A stretch of DNA of 64,000 nucleotides from Pyrinomonadaceae bacterium (lineage in GTDB: Bacteria; Acidobacteriota; Blastocatellia; Pyrinomonadales; Pyrinomonadaceae): positions 10,104-74,103 of the forward strand of contig JACCUI010000284.1 in NCBI GenBank assembly GCA_013811945.1, in the 5' to 3' direction. Shown here piece after piece: positions 43,273-53,805 of this stretch. The notes below the pieces were generated by a model that saw nothing but the letters and a program-made list of their open reading frames with translations, searched no databases and was not told where the DNA came from. Position numbers and translations under genes: made by a program. Every line of letters starts with the position of its first letter. Position 1 is the first letter of the stretch.

Positions 43273-44616
43273 CTATAGCTCCTCAAAGAAGACTCGGGGC
43301 AATTGCATCCCGCTGGCCTTGAGTCGTTCGGCAAAGCGCGGTCGAATACCAGTTGGTCGGAAGCGGCCAATGACCTGTCCCTGGGCGTCGACCCCAGTGC
43401 GTTCGAAGAGGAAGATCTCCTGCATTGTGATCGTTTCACCTTCCATTCCGGTAATTTCAGCGATAGACGTGAGGCGTCGAGTGCCATCTGAGAGGCGCGC
43501 TATTTGAACCACCAGGTCGAGCGCGGAGGCCATCTGCTGCCGCATTGCGCGATCGGAAAGTCGCATACCCGTCATCTGGATCATCGTTTCCAGACGCGAG
43601 AGCGCGTCACGTGGGGTGTTAGCGTGGACCGTAGTTAAACTTCCATCGTGACCAGTATTCATCGCCTGCAGCATGTCGATCGCTTCGCCGCCGCGCACCT
43701 CACCTATCACGATGCGGTCCGGACGCATGCGCAGCGCATTCCGAACAAGGTCTCTCTGGGTTACCTCACCTTTCCCCTCGATATTTGGCGGCCTGGTTTC
43801 CAGCCGAACCACATGGGGCTGCTGCAGCTGCAACTCGGCGGAGTCCTCAATGGTGACGATGCGCTCATCTTCCGGGATGTAGGCTGAGAGCGCGTTAAGC
43901 AACGTGGTCTTACCAGCGCCAGTACCCCCGGAAATCAGAACGTTGAGTCGCGCGGTAACGCACATCTGGAGCATGTCTGCAATGTCCCTGGTAAGCGCCT
44001 TGTTATCGATAAGCATGTTCATCCGCAGTGGCTCAGCACCAAAGCGACGAATTGAGAGCACCGGCCCATCAATAGAGAGCGGCGGAATAATGGCGTTGAC
44101 GCGCGAGCCATCACGGAGCCGGGCATCAACCATCGGTGACGATTCATCAATACGACGGCCGACCGAGGAAACAATGCGCTCGATCACCCGCATCAGGTGT
44201 TCATCGTCCTTAAAAGCGACGTTGGTGACTTCGAGTTTTCCTCGACGCTCGATGTAGATCCTGCTGTACGAGTTCACCAGGATGTCTGAGATGGTAGGGT
44301 CTGCCAGCAACGGCTCGAGCGGGCCCAGGCCAAAGAGCTCGTGCTGGACATCATTAACCAGACGCTCCCGTTCCGCAGAAGACAAAGGCATTGCTTCCTG
44401 GGCCAAAACGGTTTCGGCCAGTCGTGAGACTTCGGCATGGACCTGGTCAGGCGTTAGCGTTCCCAGCTTGGTCAGATCCATGCGGTTGATAAGAGCGCGA
44501 TGGAGCCGCGACTTCATCTCTTGAAATGAATGCTGACCGTTATTGTCTGAGCCGATTCCGTTGCCCGAAGCCGGACCACCAATAGTCTCTTTGATTAATC
44601 TTTCTCGCAGTGCCAT
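43273..44616 (-). CDS. cpaF: Tad secretion ATPase CpaF/TadA
   Basis: [19 protein letters not shown]...[10 protein letters not shown]...[15 protein letters not shown]...[15 protein letters not shown]. The ATG at 44616 avoids overlap with cpaE. Confidence 0.9.
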   Translation of the reverse strand: MALRERLIKETIGGPASGNGIGSDNNGQHSFQEMKSRLHRALINRMDLTKLGTLTPDQVHAEVSRLAETVLAQEAMPLSSAERERLVNDVQHELFGLGPLEPLLADPTISDILVNSYSRIYIERRGKLEVTNVAFKDDEHLMRVIERIVSSVGRRIDESSPMVDARLRDGSRVNAIIPPLSIDGPVLSIRRFGAEPLRMNMLIDNKALTRDIADMLQMCVTARLNVLISGGTGAGKTTLLNALSAYIPEDERIVTIEDSAELQLQQPHVVRLETRPPNIEGKGEVTQRDLVRNALRMRPDRIVIGEVRGGEAIDMLQAMNTGHDGSLTTVHANTPRDALSRLETMIQMTGMRLSDRAMRQQMASALDLVVQIARLSDGTRRLTSIAEITGMEGETITMQEIFLFERTGVDAQGQVIGRFRPTGIRPRFAERLKASGMQLPRVFFEEL

Positions 44617-44645
44617 ATGAGTTTTAACCCGCCCGGTTTCTCGTC

Positions 44646-45875
44646 TTAGAACTTCTCCAGAGAAGTCTGCAGTTTCAATTGACTCTGGGCCGCCTCCCGC
44701 TTGAATAGTGAATCCCACAGTGTCCGCCTCGGCTGTGCGTCCTCCTGGATGCGCACCGAGCCACTAGCTACAGTTCTGGCTATTCGTTTGATCTCCAGCG
44801 CAATCTTGGAAGTCGGGTCAGACTGGACCAGCGGTTGGCCCAAATTTATCGAGGTAACCGCTGTTTGGTAATCACTGGGCACATAGCCTATGACCGGCTC
44901 ACCGAGAAACTTTTCCACCTGACGCAGATCAAGATCGATCTGCTTGCTCCAGCGATTAACTACTATGCGAACCTTCTGGCGGGGATAGCCAAGCCTATCA
45001 AAGATTTCGAGTGCGCGTTGCGCGCTGCGAATGGAAGGGATATCCAGAGCGAGAACCAGTACGATCTCGTCGGATTGGTCGAGTGCAGCCAGGGTTATGG
45101 AATCGAAGGTATGCTGAGGATCCAAAACGACATAGTCGTAAGACTCGCGCAGTTTTTGCAGCACCTCAAAGACGTGTTCCGGCTCGATTTCGTCGGCCGA
45201 GTCGGCCTCTTTTGGAGCCGCCAGCAGGGAAAGAGTGGAGGAATAAGGCGTCACGAAGCTGGTGATCAGAGCGTCATCCAGCCGCGCCCGGTTTTCCGCC
45301 ATATCGGCAAACGAATACTTTGGATTAACCCCGAGAAAGAGCGGCAGGTCGCCGGCTTGCAGGTTAAGATCTACCAGCACCGTGCGCGCATCAGTTGCTG
45401 CGGCAAGGTTGGTAGCGATAAAAGACGTGCCGCAACCGCCCTTGCTGGAAAACACGGCAATCATTCGGCCTTTTTTCTTAGGCGCTTCAACCTGGCCTGC
45501 GCAAAACTCGGCCACCCGATCTAGAACTGTCTTCAATTCTTGCGGGTTGATCGGGAGCCCAAGGAATTCTCGGGCGCCGGCTCGCAGGCTTAGTAACAGC
45601 AGCTCAGGTGAAAGGTTGTTCGCGGCTGATACGATCGCCATCCTCGGCATTTCAGAACTCAAGCGCTTAATAAACTTTATTCCCTGCTCGGACTCCGGGC
45701 CCAGGGAAATGATTGCGGCCATTGGCTTGAGGCGTGTGATCTCCTCGTGCAGCTGTTCAGCATCGTTTCCACCTGCCAGCAATTGCACACGGCTGTCAGC
45801 TGACAACGCAGTGCGGATTTGCTTGAAGTTATCAAGGCCGGTGCTGAGAACTACGATTGTTAATGGTTGGGTCAT
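44646..45875 (-). CDS. cpaE: CpaE/TadZ (receiver-like N-domain plus MinD/ParA-like ATPase)
   Basis: [23 protein letters not shown]-terminal CheY-like fold [11 protein letters not shown]. Confidence 0.8.
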   Translation of the reverse strand: MTQPLTIVVLSTGLDNFKQIRTALSADSRVQLLAGGNDAEQLHEEITRLKPMAAIISLGPESEQGIKFIKRLSSEMPRMAIVSAANNLSPELLLLSLRAGAREFLGLPINPQELKTVLDRVAEFCAGQVEAPKKKGRMIAVFSSKGGCGTSFIATNLAAATDARTVLVDLNLQAGDLPLFLGVNPKYSFADMAENRARLDDALITSFVTPYSSTLSLLAAPKEADSADEIEPEHVFEVLQKLRESYDYVVLDPQHTFDSITLAALDQSDEIVLVLALDIPSIRSAQRALEIFDRLGYPRQKVRIVVNRWSKQIDLDLRQVEKFLGEPVIGYVPSDYQTAVTSINLGQPLVQSDPTSKIALEIKRIARTVASGSVRIQEDAQPRRTLWDSLFKREAAQSQLKLQTSLEKF

Positions 45876-45943
45876 TGGTTGCTCTAAACGGTTAAGGTGG
45901 AGATTCAGAATACCGGCGGGGCTATTGTGTCCGGCCACTGGTT

Positions 45944-46432
45944 TCAAGGAATGGTACCGGCGCTCTCGCCAGTCAGCGTTGTGTTGTAATCAGGCATCTG
46001 AATGGTCGTACCGATAATTGGAATGACAAATTGAAACTGATAGTTTGTAACCGTCACTGCTACGGTGCCCTGACCAACGCCGAAGTCGGTGTACTGCACA
46101 TTCAAATTGTTTGGGGTAAGGCCGTTCACCATTGGTTGAGAACCGGCGGCCGGCTGCGGATCCCCGTAGACGGCAACATTTCTGATCGCTGCATAACTCG
46201 GGCCAACATTCTTCCCGGTAGTCGGAACTCCTGGGTCCGGACTACTTGCCGGCTGGTTCACAGCGTAACGGGCTCCGCGTCGGGCAGCGTCGGCCAGGGC
46301 GTTGTGTGTCCAGAGGGCGCGGCCAAATTCGATGACTGCGAAGCTGGCCGTCAGAAAAATGGACGCGCCGATGGCAAATTCCACGAGGGTGGCCCCGCTC
46401 TGACCTGATTTTGTTTTTGTCCAGCGCATCAT
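45944..46432 (-). CDS. TadE/TadF-like pseudopilin
   Basis: SGQSGATLVEFAIGASIFLTASFAVIEFGRALW is the TadE N-terminal motif. Confidence 0.75.
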   Translation of the reverse strand: MMRWTKTKSGQSGATLVEFAIGASIFLTASFAVIEFGRALWTHNALADAARRGARYAVNQPASSPDPGVPTTGKNVGPSYAAIRNVAVYGDPQPAAGSQPMVNGLTPNNLNVQYTDFGVGQGTVAVTVTNYQFQFVIPIIGTTIQMPDYNTTLTGESAGTIP

Positions 46433-46448
46433 TTTTCCAATAAACCTC

Positions 46449-46943
46449 TTAGCAGGGCACAGACTGTGTCAGCAAGTAGCGCATTGTGACGCTCGGTTTG
46501 ATGTCGATATTCATCGTCAGCGAAGTCTTCATCAGCTTACCGAGATCGAAAATAGGCGTGTGTTTGAAGTTCGTGATCTCGATGGTGACCGTCGCTGGAA
46601 AACCGCTAGTTTCATCGCCTGCCTCGTTGCGCCGCGTAATCTTCACGTTATTGACCGTCAGGCCGTTAACTATTGGACTGCCCGTACCCGCCAGGTTCCC
46701 GTAGACGACAAGATTTTTCGTATTCATATCATCGCAACCGCCTAAGCGCGCTGTCGCCAGATAACGAACGGCTACGCGTGAGCCCTTCGCCAGCGTCGTG
46801 TACGCTTCAAAGTAGCGTCCAAACTCGGCGACGGCGGCAAACAACAGAATCAAAACCGGCAACGCAATGGCCAGCTCGACAAGTTGCAAGCCGCGGTCGT
46901 CACGCCTGAAGGTGGTTATCTTTGTAAGAAGCAATCGCCACAT
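46449..46943 (-). CDS. TadE/TadF-like pseudopilin
   Basis: DDRGLQLVELAIALPVLILLFAAVAEFGRYF. Confidence 0.75.
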   Translation of the reverse strand: MWRLLLTKITTFRRDDRGLQLVELAIALPVLILLFAAVAEFGRYFEAYTTLAKGSRVAVRYLATARLGGCDDMNTKNLVVYGNLAGTGSPIVNGLTVNNVKITRRNEAGDETSGFPATVTIEITNFKHTPIFDLGKLMKTSLTMNIDIKPSVTMRYLLTQSVPC

Positions 46944-46954
46944 AACATTGGTCC

Positions 46955-48100
46955 TTATCGGTAGAGCACGGGTTTTGTGATTGGGGGACCAGGGTTCGTA
47001 GTACCAGTCGGATCGTATTCGCCATTCCCGACCACAACGCCGACTCCTATGTATTCGGCCTGCAAATCGCCCCCGTTTCCTCCCTGAACTTTGCTGCTCA
47101 GGAAGAAGGCTCCGAAGTGATCGATCTGAACCCTAGTGCGACCGCCACTGAACTCGCTTGCTTTGACAATCGGAATCAACACAACTCGACGACCGGCAAC
47201 TCCATCATTCGATGGCGGCTGCTTCCGGCCCTTCGCGTCGGAATATTCCTCAAAGTCGATGCCCTCCTTAATGTTTGAGTCCGGAGGAAAATTGATCGGA
47301 TCGAGTTGGCTGGCGTAATCGTCGAAACGGGTATTGACGCCCTGCCGCACGGCTCCTGCTGATACTCCTGGCTTTGTGTCGACATAACCACCCGGTCCGA
47401 CAATATTTTTCACACCGCTGGCCAATCCGATTCGATCGTCGCTCGCTCCCGAACCGTCGATTGCCAGAATCTGGTAGTTACCAGGCGCAACGGAACCCTG
47501 CGGTCCGCCCCGAAATGTATACATCTGCTTTGGCACAAGCGACGTACAGGTAGCGTCGCAAACGACTGATACCGGAAGATACCCTGCGAATTGATTCAGC
47601 GGGACCGACACACCGGCGACGGCCTCAGCCCAGAGGTCCAAACTGTTCCCAAGCACCATCGACACAAACGCAACATTGACCGGCGACTGTGGCGTAGTGA
47701 CTTTGACAAACTTAATATCCGGTGCAACCGTCGACGCCGCCGCTTGCCCTTCACTCATGTCAGTGCCGTTGTCGAAGTCAGAAAGGTTTCTGGCGAAGCG
47801 CACGTCGGCGGGCACGATCACCACCTTCGTGTTTTCGAACTGGTAGCTGTTCATTGCCTTGGTGGCCCGGTCTGTAGCATCCGCGATTCCCGACGACTGG
47901 TAGTTCAATCCGGAAGCGCCTGCCAACGCCGCCGAATCGGCAGCGTTCTGCAGTTCATTCTTCGCGAGGTACAGGTGGCTGACATCTACTCCCAACCCAA
48001 CAGCCAGAATAAATGACAGCATTCCGAGGGCAGCGGCGGCGAGAACAGAACCTCGCTCGCTCTTCCTGTGTCGAATTTTCTTTAATTTCATATTATCCAT
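46955..48100 (-). CDS. TadG-like pilus assembly protein
   Basis: ERGSVLAAAALGMLSFILAVGLGVDVSHLYLAKNELQNAADSAALAGA is the TadE/G-like N-terminal domain. The ATG at 48100 is preceded by GGAAGGGGGA; the ORF-track start at 48142 is a GTG. Confidence 0.7.
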   Translation of the reverse strand: MDNMKLKKIRHRKSERGSVLAAAALGMLSFILAVGLGVDVSHLYLAKNELQNAADSAALAGASGLNYQSSGIADATDRATKAMNSYQFENTKVVIVPADVRFARNLSDFDNGTDMSEGQAAASTVAPDIKFVKVTTPQSPVNVAFVSMVLGNSLDLWAEAVAGVSVPLNQFAGYLPVSVVCDATCTSLVPKQMYTFRGGPQGSVAPGNYQILAIDGSGASDDRIGLASGVKNIVGPGGYVDTKPGVSAGAVRQGVNTRFDDYASQLDPINFPPDSNIKEGIDFEEYSDAKGRKQPPSNDGVAGRRVVLIPIVKASEFSGGRTRVQIDHFGAFFLSSKVQGGNGGDLQAEYIGVGVVVGNGEYDPTGTTNPGPPITKPVLYR

Positions 48101-48163
48101 ATTTCCCCCTTCCACCAGCTTTCCTAAGTACCCACTGACCACTTTCAGTCGAAGCTTAAGTCG

Positions 48164-49747
48164 CTAGGGACTTACAAGTTCGGACCTGAAATTGCTGGAG
48201 ATGGCCTTTGCCACTGGAAGTGGCTGGTTTATGCGGCGAGCGCTCGAAACGGACGCTGATTCAGTCGACTCGGTGCCTGTTTCCGTGCTCTTTGTCTTTT
48301 GATCGGCCGGCTTCTCAGTCTCCACAGCCTTGGGTGTGGCGGACGGTGTAATCTCTGTCTGTTGACCGGTAATTGAGAAGCCGGTCTTTCCCTGGATTCC
48401 TTCGGTCTTAGGCTCGAGGCCAAGCGGCGATCCATTCTTCAGACCATCGATGCCTCGCATCTGCGGCAAGTCGTCGGGGCTTATCGGCTTCACGAGATGT
48501 GCAGTTACGATGAACATCAGCTCGGTCTCATTCTTCTGGAACGACTTGGATTTAAAAAGCGCTCCGAGGATAGGAATGTCGCCAAGCACCGGCACCTTGG
48601 AGAGCGATTTCGATTCTTGATTGTCGAGCAAACCAGCCAACGCGAATGTTTGTCCATCGCGCAACTCAACACTCGTCTTGGCGCGACGGGTTTTCAGAGC
48701 TGGAATCAGAAAGCCATCAAATTTCACGCCGTTGGCGAAATCGATCGTGGAAACCTCCGGCTCGAGATCGAGCCTGATGTGATCTTCATCTATGATCGTC
48801 GGCTTGAAGTTCAGACGAACACCATATTCTTTAAACACGACGCTTACTGTGCTTCTCTCGCCACCGCCCTGGACCATGGGAATCGGAAATTCGCCACCAG
48901 CCAGGAAGCTGGCTTGTTGGCCATCCATGGCAATAAGATTGGGCTCCGCGAGCGCGCGCAACGCGCCCTGTGTCTGCAGCGCCCGAATATATGCTGACGT
49001 GCCAAGCGCGTTGTTGAATAAGAACAGGTTCACCGCCGAACCTATGAAGCTCGTCTGCAGCGCCGGAAGTACTGAAGTGGTCAAGGAAGCTGGTCCACCG
49101 CCACTCGCGTAAACGGACGTGCCATTATTTACGGTCGCATAAGACGAACCCAATTCCCGCGCCTTATTACGACTGACTTCGGCGACGCGAACCTGGAGCT
49201 GAACCTGGGCCATGTTCTTGACAGGCGACGCCAGCATGTTGACTGTCTTGAAACCCGCGGCTTCAACTACGCTTTGGGCCTGCGACGCCGTCTTCGGATC
49301 GGATACGCTGCCGGACATCACCACGGAGCCATTGGCCTGACTCAGACGAATGTCGTCCTTGGGGAATAGCGTGCGCATTTGAGAATCAATTAAGGAAAGA
49401 TTAGCGCGCACATAAACATCGAACACCAGATACCGCCCGCCCGACTGTTCCCAGGCGATGAAGTTGACCTGGCCGAACGCCTTGCCGTTAACCAGTACCT
49501 GATCGGGCGATACCAGCACCGCCTCCGCGATTTCCGGATTCGAAACTGAGAAACGCCCAACTGGCTTGTCGAAATTGATTACGCGGGATTGGCCCACGAG
49601 AACATTCACCGGCACGGGCTCCTTGTTAACCGCGAAGGAGGCTTTGTAAGACATCTCCTGGCCTTGGACCAGGGAATTGACTAGTAAGATTGTTAGAGAC
49701 GTCAGCAGCAGGCTGACACGGCGTATGGTCGAGGGACGGCTGTGCAT
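48164..49747 (-). CDS. cpaC: Tad secretin CpaC/RcpA
   Basis: Secretin C-domain VPVLGDIPILGALFKSKS. The ATG at 49747 is preceded by AAGGAG at 9 nt; the ORF-track start at 49801 is a TTG. Signal-like N-terminus. Confidence 0.85.
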   Translation of the reverse strand: MHSRPSTIRRVSLLLTSLTILLVNSLVQGQEMSYKASFAVNKEPVPVNVLVGQSRVINFDKPVGRFSVSNPEIAEAVLVSPDQVLVNGKAFGQVNFIAWEQSGGRYLVFDVYVRANLSLIDSQMRTLFPKDDIRLSQANGSVVMSGSVSDPKTASQAQSVVEAAGFKTVNMLASPVKNMAQVQLQVRVAEVSRNKARELGSSYATVNNGTSVYASGGGPASLTTSVLPALQTSFIGSAVNLFLFNNALGTSAYIRALQTQGALRALAEPNLIAMDGQQASFLAGGEFPIPMVQGGGERSTVSVVFKEYGVRLNFKPTIIDEDHIRLDLEPEVSTIDFANGVKFDGFLIPALKTRRAKTSVELRDGQTFALAGLLDNQESKSLSKVPVLGDIPILGALFKSKSFQKNETELMFIVTAHLVKPISPDDLPQMRGIDGLKNGSPLGLEPKTEGIQGKTGFSITGQQTEITPSATPKAVETEKPADQKTKSTETGTESTESASVSSARRINQPLPVAKAISSNFRSELVSP

Positions 49748-49838
49748 GATCGGTAGCTCCTTATAGTGGCCAGTCGAGAGACCAGCTTCATCAAATTGCA
49801 ATTCGGTTCCGGAACGTTAGCGTCAGGTCTGATTCCCC

Positions 49839-50744
49839 TTACGGAAAATCTACGCTGCGTTTTTTGGCGCCCTCGATCATCTCAACGGACGAGCGTGGCT
49901 TCTCCTGATTCTGTGACACAGCCGGCGCCGGCTTGACCTCGGTGTGTGCTCGAACGCGACGCACGGGCTTGGATTCTGACTTGGGCTGCTCGCTCTTGAG
50001 TGAGCCCGGCTCCGGCGCCGGCATTGCTCGTTCACCCCCCAACAAGGTCCGCTTGTTGATCCCTGTAGTTTGCTCGTCACCCTGATCGATCGAATTGCGC
50101 ATAACCAGCTGCAACTTCCCTTCGCTTGAGGCAAGTGCCAGCTTCTCTGCTTGTTCGGGAGTGACCAGGAGCGTGACGGCCTTGACACTATTCGCTGCCC
50201 GTTGATCCTCGGGCTTGTCGATATTCTGACCATTGGCCAGGACCTTAATGTTCTGCAAGACGATTTTTGAGATCGGACCCAGAAAATCGGACTTCTCTTC
50301 GGGGTCAATTACGACCACCACATCCACGAGCGTATCGGGCATGATGAAGCCGGAGATACCGACCACGTCGTCAACCTTGACTGTCATGGCGCGGTAGCCT
50401 TCAGGAATGGCTGCTGATAGTCCACCGGCGGTACCTTCGGGAGCAAGCCTCGCCTCAGTAATGGGCTCGCGCGCGGCAATGTTAGTAACCGCGACACGTC
50501 CGGTCAGCTTCTCGGGCGAATCGAACGCCCCGTCGGGAGTCGATTCTCTTGGGAACTGGACCACCGTGATCTGCTCAGCGATGATCTTCGTACCTATCGG
50601 AATCGCTACCTTGGCTACAGCGACCGCGTTGAGATTCTTTGTATAGGCCTGAGCACTCGACAAGTAACGGCTGACGGAAAATGCCGCGAGCAGCCCGAAT
50701 AAAAGTGCACCAGCCAGAACGATGAAAAAGCGTTTGTTGCGCAT
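49839..50744 (-). CDS. cpaB: CpaB/RcpC Flp pilus assembly protein
   Basis: MRNKRFFIVLAGALLFGLLAAFSVSRYL followed by a SAF-like domain. Position between the peptidase and the secretin. Confidence 0.8.
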   Translation of the reverse strand: MRNKRFFIVLAGALLFGLLAAFSVSRYLSSAQAYTKNLNAVAVAKVAIPIGTKIIAEQITVVQFPRESTPDGAFDSPEKLTGRVAVTNIAAREPITEARLAPEGTAGGLSAAIPEGYRAMTVKVDDVVGISGFIMPDTLVDVVVVIDPEEKSDFLGPISKIVLQNIKVLANGQNIDKPEDQRAANSVKAVTLLVTPEQAEKLALASSEGKLQLVMRNSIDQGDEQTTGINKRTLLGGERAMPAPEPGSLKSEQPKSESKPVRRVRAHTEVKPAPAVSQNQEKPRSSVEMIEGAKKRSVDFP

Positions 50745-50791
50745 AGTTGACTCTCCGTGTAATCAGGTTGACCAGATGAGGCGCGCCTGTT

Positions 50792-51313
50792 TCAGGCGCG
50801 AAAAATGGCTGTTGAAATAATGCTGCCAATTGTGATTGCCACGCCGTAAGGAATTGTGTGCCTGCGATCTGAAGGGACCGCGAACTTCGGCATTTCCCAA
50901 CCGGGTAACATTCCGACCAATATCTGCAAAACTCGCTGCATCGTGGTTATGACGACGCCGGCTCGAACAATCGAAACCAGGGCTAGCAGTCCACCAGTCA
51001 GTATCACGACGAGGAAAGTTGGCAGGACAAGTGGTGCACCGGTAACCGCTCCGATTGCGGCAAAAAGCTTGACGTCTCCAGCGCCCATCGCTCCGAAAAC
51101 ATGCAGCATGAACATCAAGACAAAAGCCAGGGCACAACCAACCAGGCTCCCGTACAGTCCAGCTAGCCCACCAAATATGGAGTTGATCGCTAGACCGCTA
51201 GCGAGCGTCGCCAATACAAAGGGGTTCGGAATACGACGATAGCGAACATCGTAATAAGTTATGATGATCGCCAACGGTAAAAGGAGAGCTATGATTACCA
51301 CCGTTTCGGACAT
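50792..51313 (-). CDS. cpaA: Prepilin peptidase CpaA/TadV (A24 family)
   Basis: ITYYDVRYRRIPN...GAMGAGDVKLFAAIG provides both Asp motifs. The internal ATG at 51313 is preferred. Confidence 0.8.
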   Translation of the reverse strand: MSETVVIIALLLPLAIIITYYDVRYRRIPNPFVLATLASGLAINSIFGGLAGLYGSLVGCALAFVLMFMLHVFGAMGAGDVKLFAAIGAVTGAPLVLPTFLVVILTGGLLALVSIVRAGVVITTMQRVLQILVGMLPGWEMPKFAVPSDRRHTIPYGVAITIGSIISTAIFRA

Positions 51314-51380
51314 CTGTTTCGCACCTCGAAAGACCGTCTTCCCGGGAGAGGGACTGCCCCCTGTCCTGATTTCGTCATTG

Positions 51381-51533
51381 CTAATTGATCCGAGTCGCCA
51401 GTAGGTTAAGCCGAATGCCAATTGCGTCGCCAAGCAGCGTGAACGCAGCTACTACCGCTATCGCCACCAGTGCCGCGGCAACGGCATATTCAGACAGCTC
51501 AAGACCTGTTTCATTTAAGAGAAATTTGTACAT
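51381..51533 (-). CDS. flp: Flp-family pilin 1
   Basis: MYKFLLNETGLELSEYAVAAALVAIAVVAAFTLLG carries the Flp motif G-x4-EY. Confidence 0.85.
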   Translation of the reverse strand: MYKFLLNETGLELSEYAVAAALVAIAVVAAFTLLGDAIGIRLNLLATRIN

Positions 51534-51678
51534 GATGTTTTCGCTCCAGGACCTGTGGATCAAGAGTCATTGTGAGCCTGGAATTATCTGCACCTGCGGG
51601 ATGGAAGACCGCTGGCGCGCTTTACCCGAATTCAAGATCTTCGACTAAAGCGCGCCTGGTCCTTTGCTTCGATTGGCC

Positions 51679-51837
51679 TTACGGATTGATGGTCTTGGCC
51701 AGTTCGTCGATTTTGACGCCGATGTTCTTGCCGAGCAGTGTGAATGCAGCGACGACGGCGATCGCAACCAACGCTGCGGCAACTGCGTATTCCGACAGTT
51801 CAAGACCGGTTTCATCGCGAAGAAAATTCTTAATCAT
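51679..51837 (-). CDS. flp: Flp-family pilin 2 (52 aa; below the ORF-track size cutoff)
   Basis: Manual translation gives MIKNFLRDETGLELSEYAVAAALVAIAVVAAFTLLGKNIGVKIDELAKTINP. SD GAAGGAG lies upstream. Ends in a TAA stop. Confidence 0.85.
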   Translation of the reverse strand: MIKNFLRDETGLELSEYAVAAALVAIAVVAAFTLLGKNIGVKIDELAKTINP

Positions 51838-52768
51838 GTTTTGCTCCTTCTAGATTTGGGTTAGAGTTAAGTTTCAGCTTTGCGCCCTTACCTACCAGAG
51901 CCTGGCGGAAGGACCAACGTCAGAAATTCGTAACCAGGACTGATAGTGGACGTCCCTCTCAGATTAGTGTTGTCGAGGATTGGTGTTGTGAGCACCATAA
52001 CAAGTCATGAGATCTTTGCGGTTCACACTTTTCATAGGTCTTGTCCACCCTTGAGATTGAAGTCGCTATCGACTCGATTATCTCTGCGGGCGATTACCCC
52101 TACTACAAGGCGTGTGCCGCGCGTCAGAAATCTCCCAGTGCTGTATTTAAGTGCGGATTCTGAGGGAATGGGTAGAGGCATGTCGCCCGGAGTTAACAGT
52201 TCTTCGCCGACCCACGAGGTCTCTGGATCGGCAAAATCGCAAAACAATCAGTGGCTAACCACATTTTGGCGTTGTCGCCCTCAGTTGACAGAAGACGTCG
52301 AGGATTTAACTGCAAGAGACGGGTTGAGAGCAGAAACCGCGTAGTAATCCAGATTGGGGGACGCGACTAGTTGGAATCTAGGGAAGGAAGACGATGAAAA
52401 GGTCAGCGTTTGCCGCCGTGAAAGCGTTCGCAGCACTATTCTCTGAAGTGAGGCCCCCAGTGAGATACTGCAGGACTCTCGTCCAAACTAACCGTTGCAC
52501 AATAATTGCTGACTTCTCATTGAGCCTTCGGGGTCAAGGTGTGTTCTTCAGATCTCGAGCAGGGACAAATGTTATAGTGAAGAGCGAGTCGAAGACTACT
52601 ACGTTGCCGCTCAACCTTCACCGTGCTACATCCAGCGCATTGCCAGCAGTCGGGTAAACCGATCGGTGACTTACACTCCGCTTACTGTAAACCTAACTTA
52701 ACCTAATAAGCGTCGCTCCAACTCACCTTGCTAGTCGCGCCAACTCACCTAAAAAGGGAGACTTTAAA

Positions 52769-53494
52769 ATGTATGCCGTAGATGAGCGACAGATATCAGC
52801 GAGCGCCGTTGTGAAACCAAAGTATTTCAATCGGGTTAAGTTGCTGGATATGGTGACACGAATTGTGCCCTCGGCATTTTTTCTGCTGGTTGTATTACTG
52901 AAGGTAAATGAACTGTATGCCTTTATGATGAAGGGTAACGCATCCGGGAATGAGCCGGCGTGGAGATTTGTGGCCGACCTGGTGTCCAGATCTTCAACCA
53001 TTTGTTTTCTGGGACTCATGTCGGTCCTGTTTCTAATCAGACTGGAGCCAATCAAGAAAGCCAAAGGAATCCTGCCGAGAGTCACGGCGATAGCCGGGAC
53101 CTTCTTTGTGGCCCTGGTGACTTTCTTCCCTCGAGCGAACCTCTCCATGACTCAAACAGTCATTGCCGGTTTGCTCAGCCTTGTGGGAACGGGCATCTCG
53201 GTCTTTGTCCTCGCACATCTGGGTCGATCATTCAGTCTCATGGCTGAAGCAAGAAGACTGGTAACGACCGGACCCTATCGAATCGTGAGGCATCCTTTGT
53301 ACATTTTTGAAGCCGTGGCATCCTTCGGCGTTCTGCTACAGTTTCTGTCCTTCTACACTGTGTTGATATTCATCGGCTTTGGCCTGTTACAATATCACCG
53401 GATGAAAAACGAAGAGGCTATTCTAGAAAACGCATTTCCCGAGTATCCATCTTATAAATTAAAGACCGCGAGACTCATTCCAGGAATCTACTAA
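52769..53494 (+). CDS. Isoprenylcysteine carboxyl methyltransferase (ICMT)/phospholipid methyltransferase-family membrane protein
   Basis: LVTTGPYRIVRHPLYIFEAVASFGVLL...RMKNEEAILENAFPEY. SD AAGGGAG. Confidence 0.8.
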   Translation: MYAVDERQISASAVVKPKYFNRVKLLDMVTRIVPSAFFLLVVLLKVNELYAFMMKGNASGNEPAWRFVADLVSRSSTICFLGLMSVLFLIRLEPIKKAKGILPRVTAIAGTFFVALVTFFPRANLSMTQTVIAGLLSLVGTGISVFVLAHLGRSFSLMAEARRLVTTGPYRIVRHPLYIFEAVASFGVLLQFLSFYTVLIFIGFGLLQYHRMKNEEAILENAFPEYPSYKLKTARLIPGIY

Positions 53495-53656
53495 ATCCAC
53501 CAGTAGAGTGGCTTGAACCGGGGGACCCCAGGCGCGCAGCCTGCTTGGGTTGGAAGAGACTTAGCTGCGGAATCATCAGCTAGCCTGCTCCCTACGTTAT
53601 CCTTAGCTGGGGTAGTGGCTCTCAATTGACTTACCTTCTCTTTTCGCGCGGCTTCT

Positions 53657-53720
53657 GTGATTTCGTGGATCGTGTTTTTGCGACGAAGGCAATCCACAAA
53701 ATCACACGAAAAATCACGAA
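53657..53720. repeat. Intergenic palindromic repeat, copy C (arms in swapped order)
   Basis: GTGATTTCGTGGATCG, then an 18-nt spacer, then AATCCACAAAATCACACGAAAAATCACGAA. Lies between the ICMT-like gene and the first membrane paralog. Confidence 0.7.
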
Positions 53721-53805
53721 CTCAAAGTGCTCTTCTCACCATTCATGAAACCACGAATATGCGTGGCTGTTGTACAGCTGTTTTTGAGACACTAGACTAG
53801 TCCAG

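Noticed and set aside
53764-53779. TGGCTGTTGTACAGCT as a sigma-54 promoter for the membrane-paralog genes
   Set aside because: Spacing is correct, but the -12 element (CAGCT) is poor and there is no nearby UAS-like repeat. It is mentioned in a finding and not annotated as a feature.
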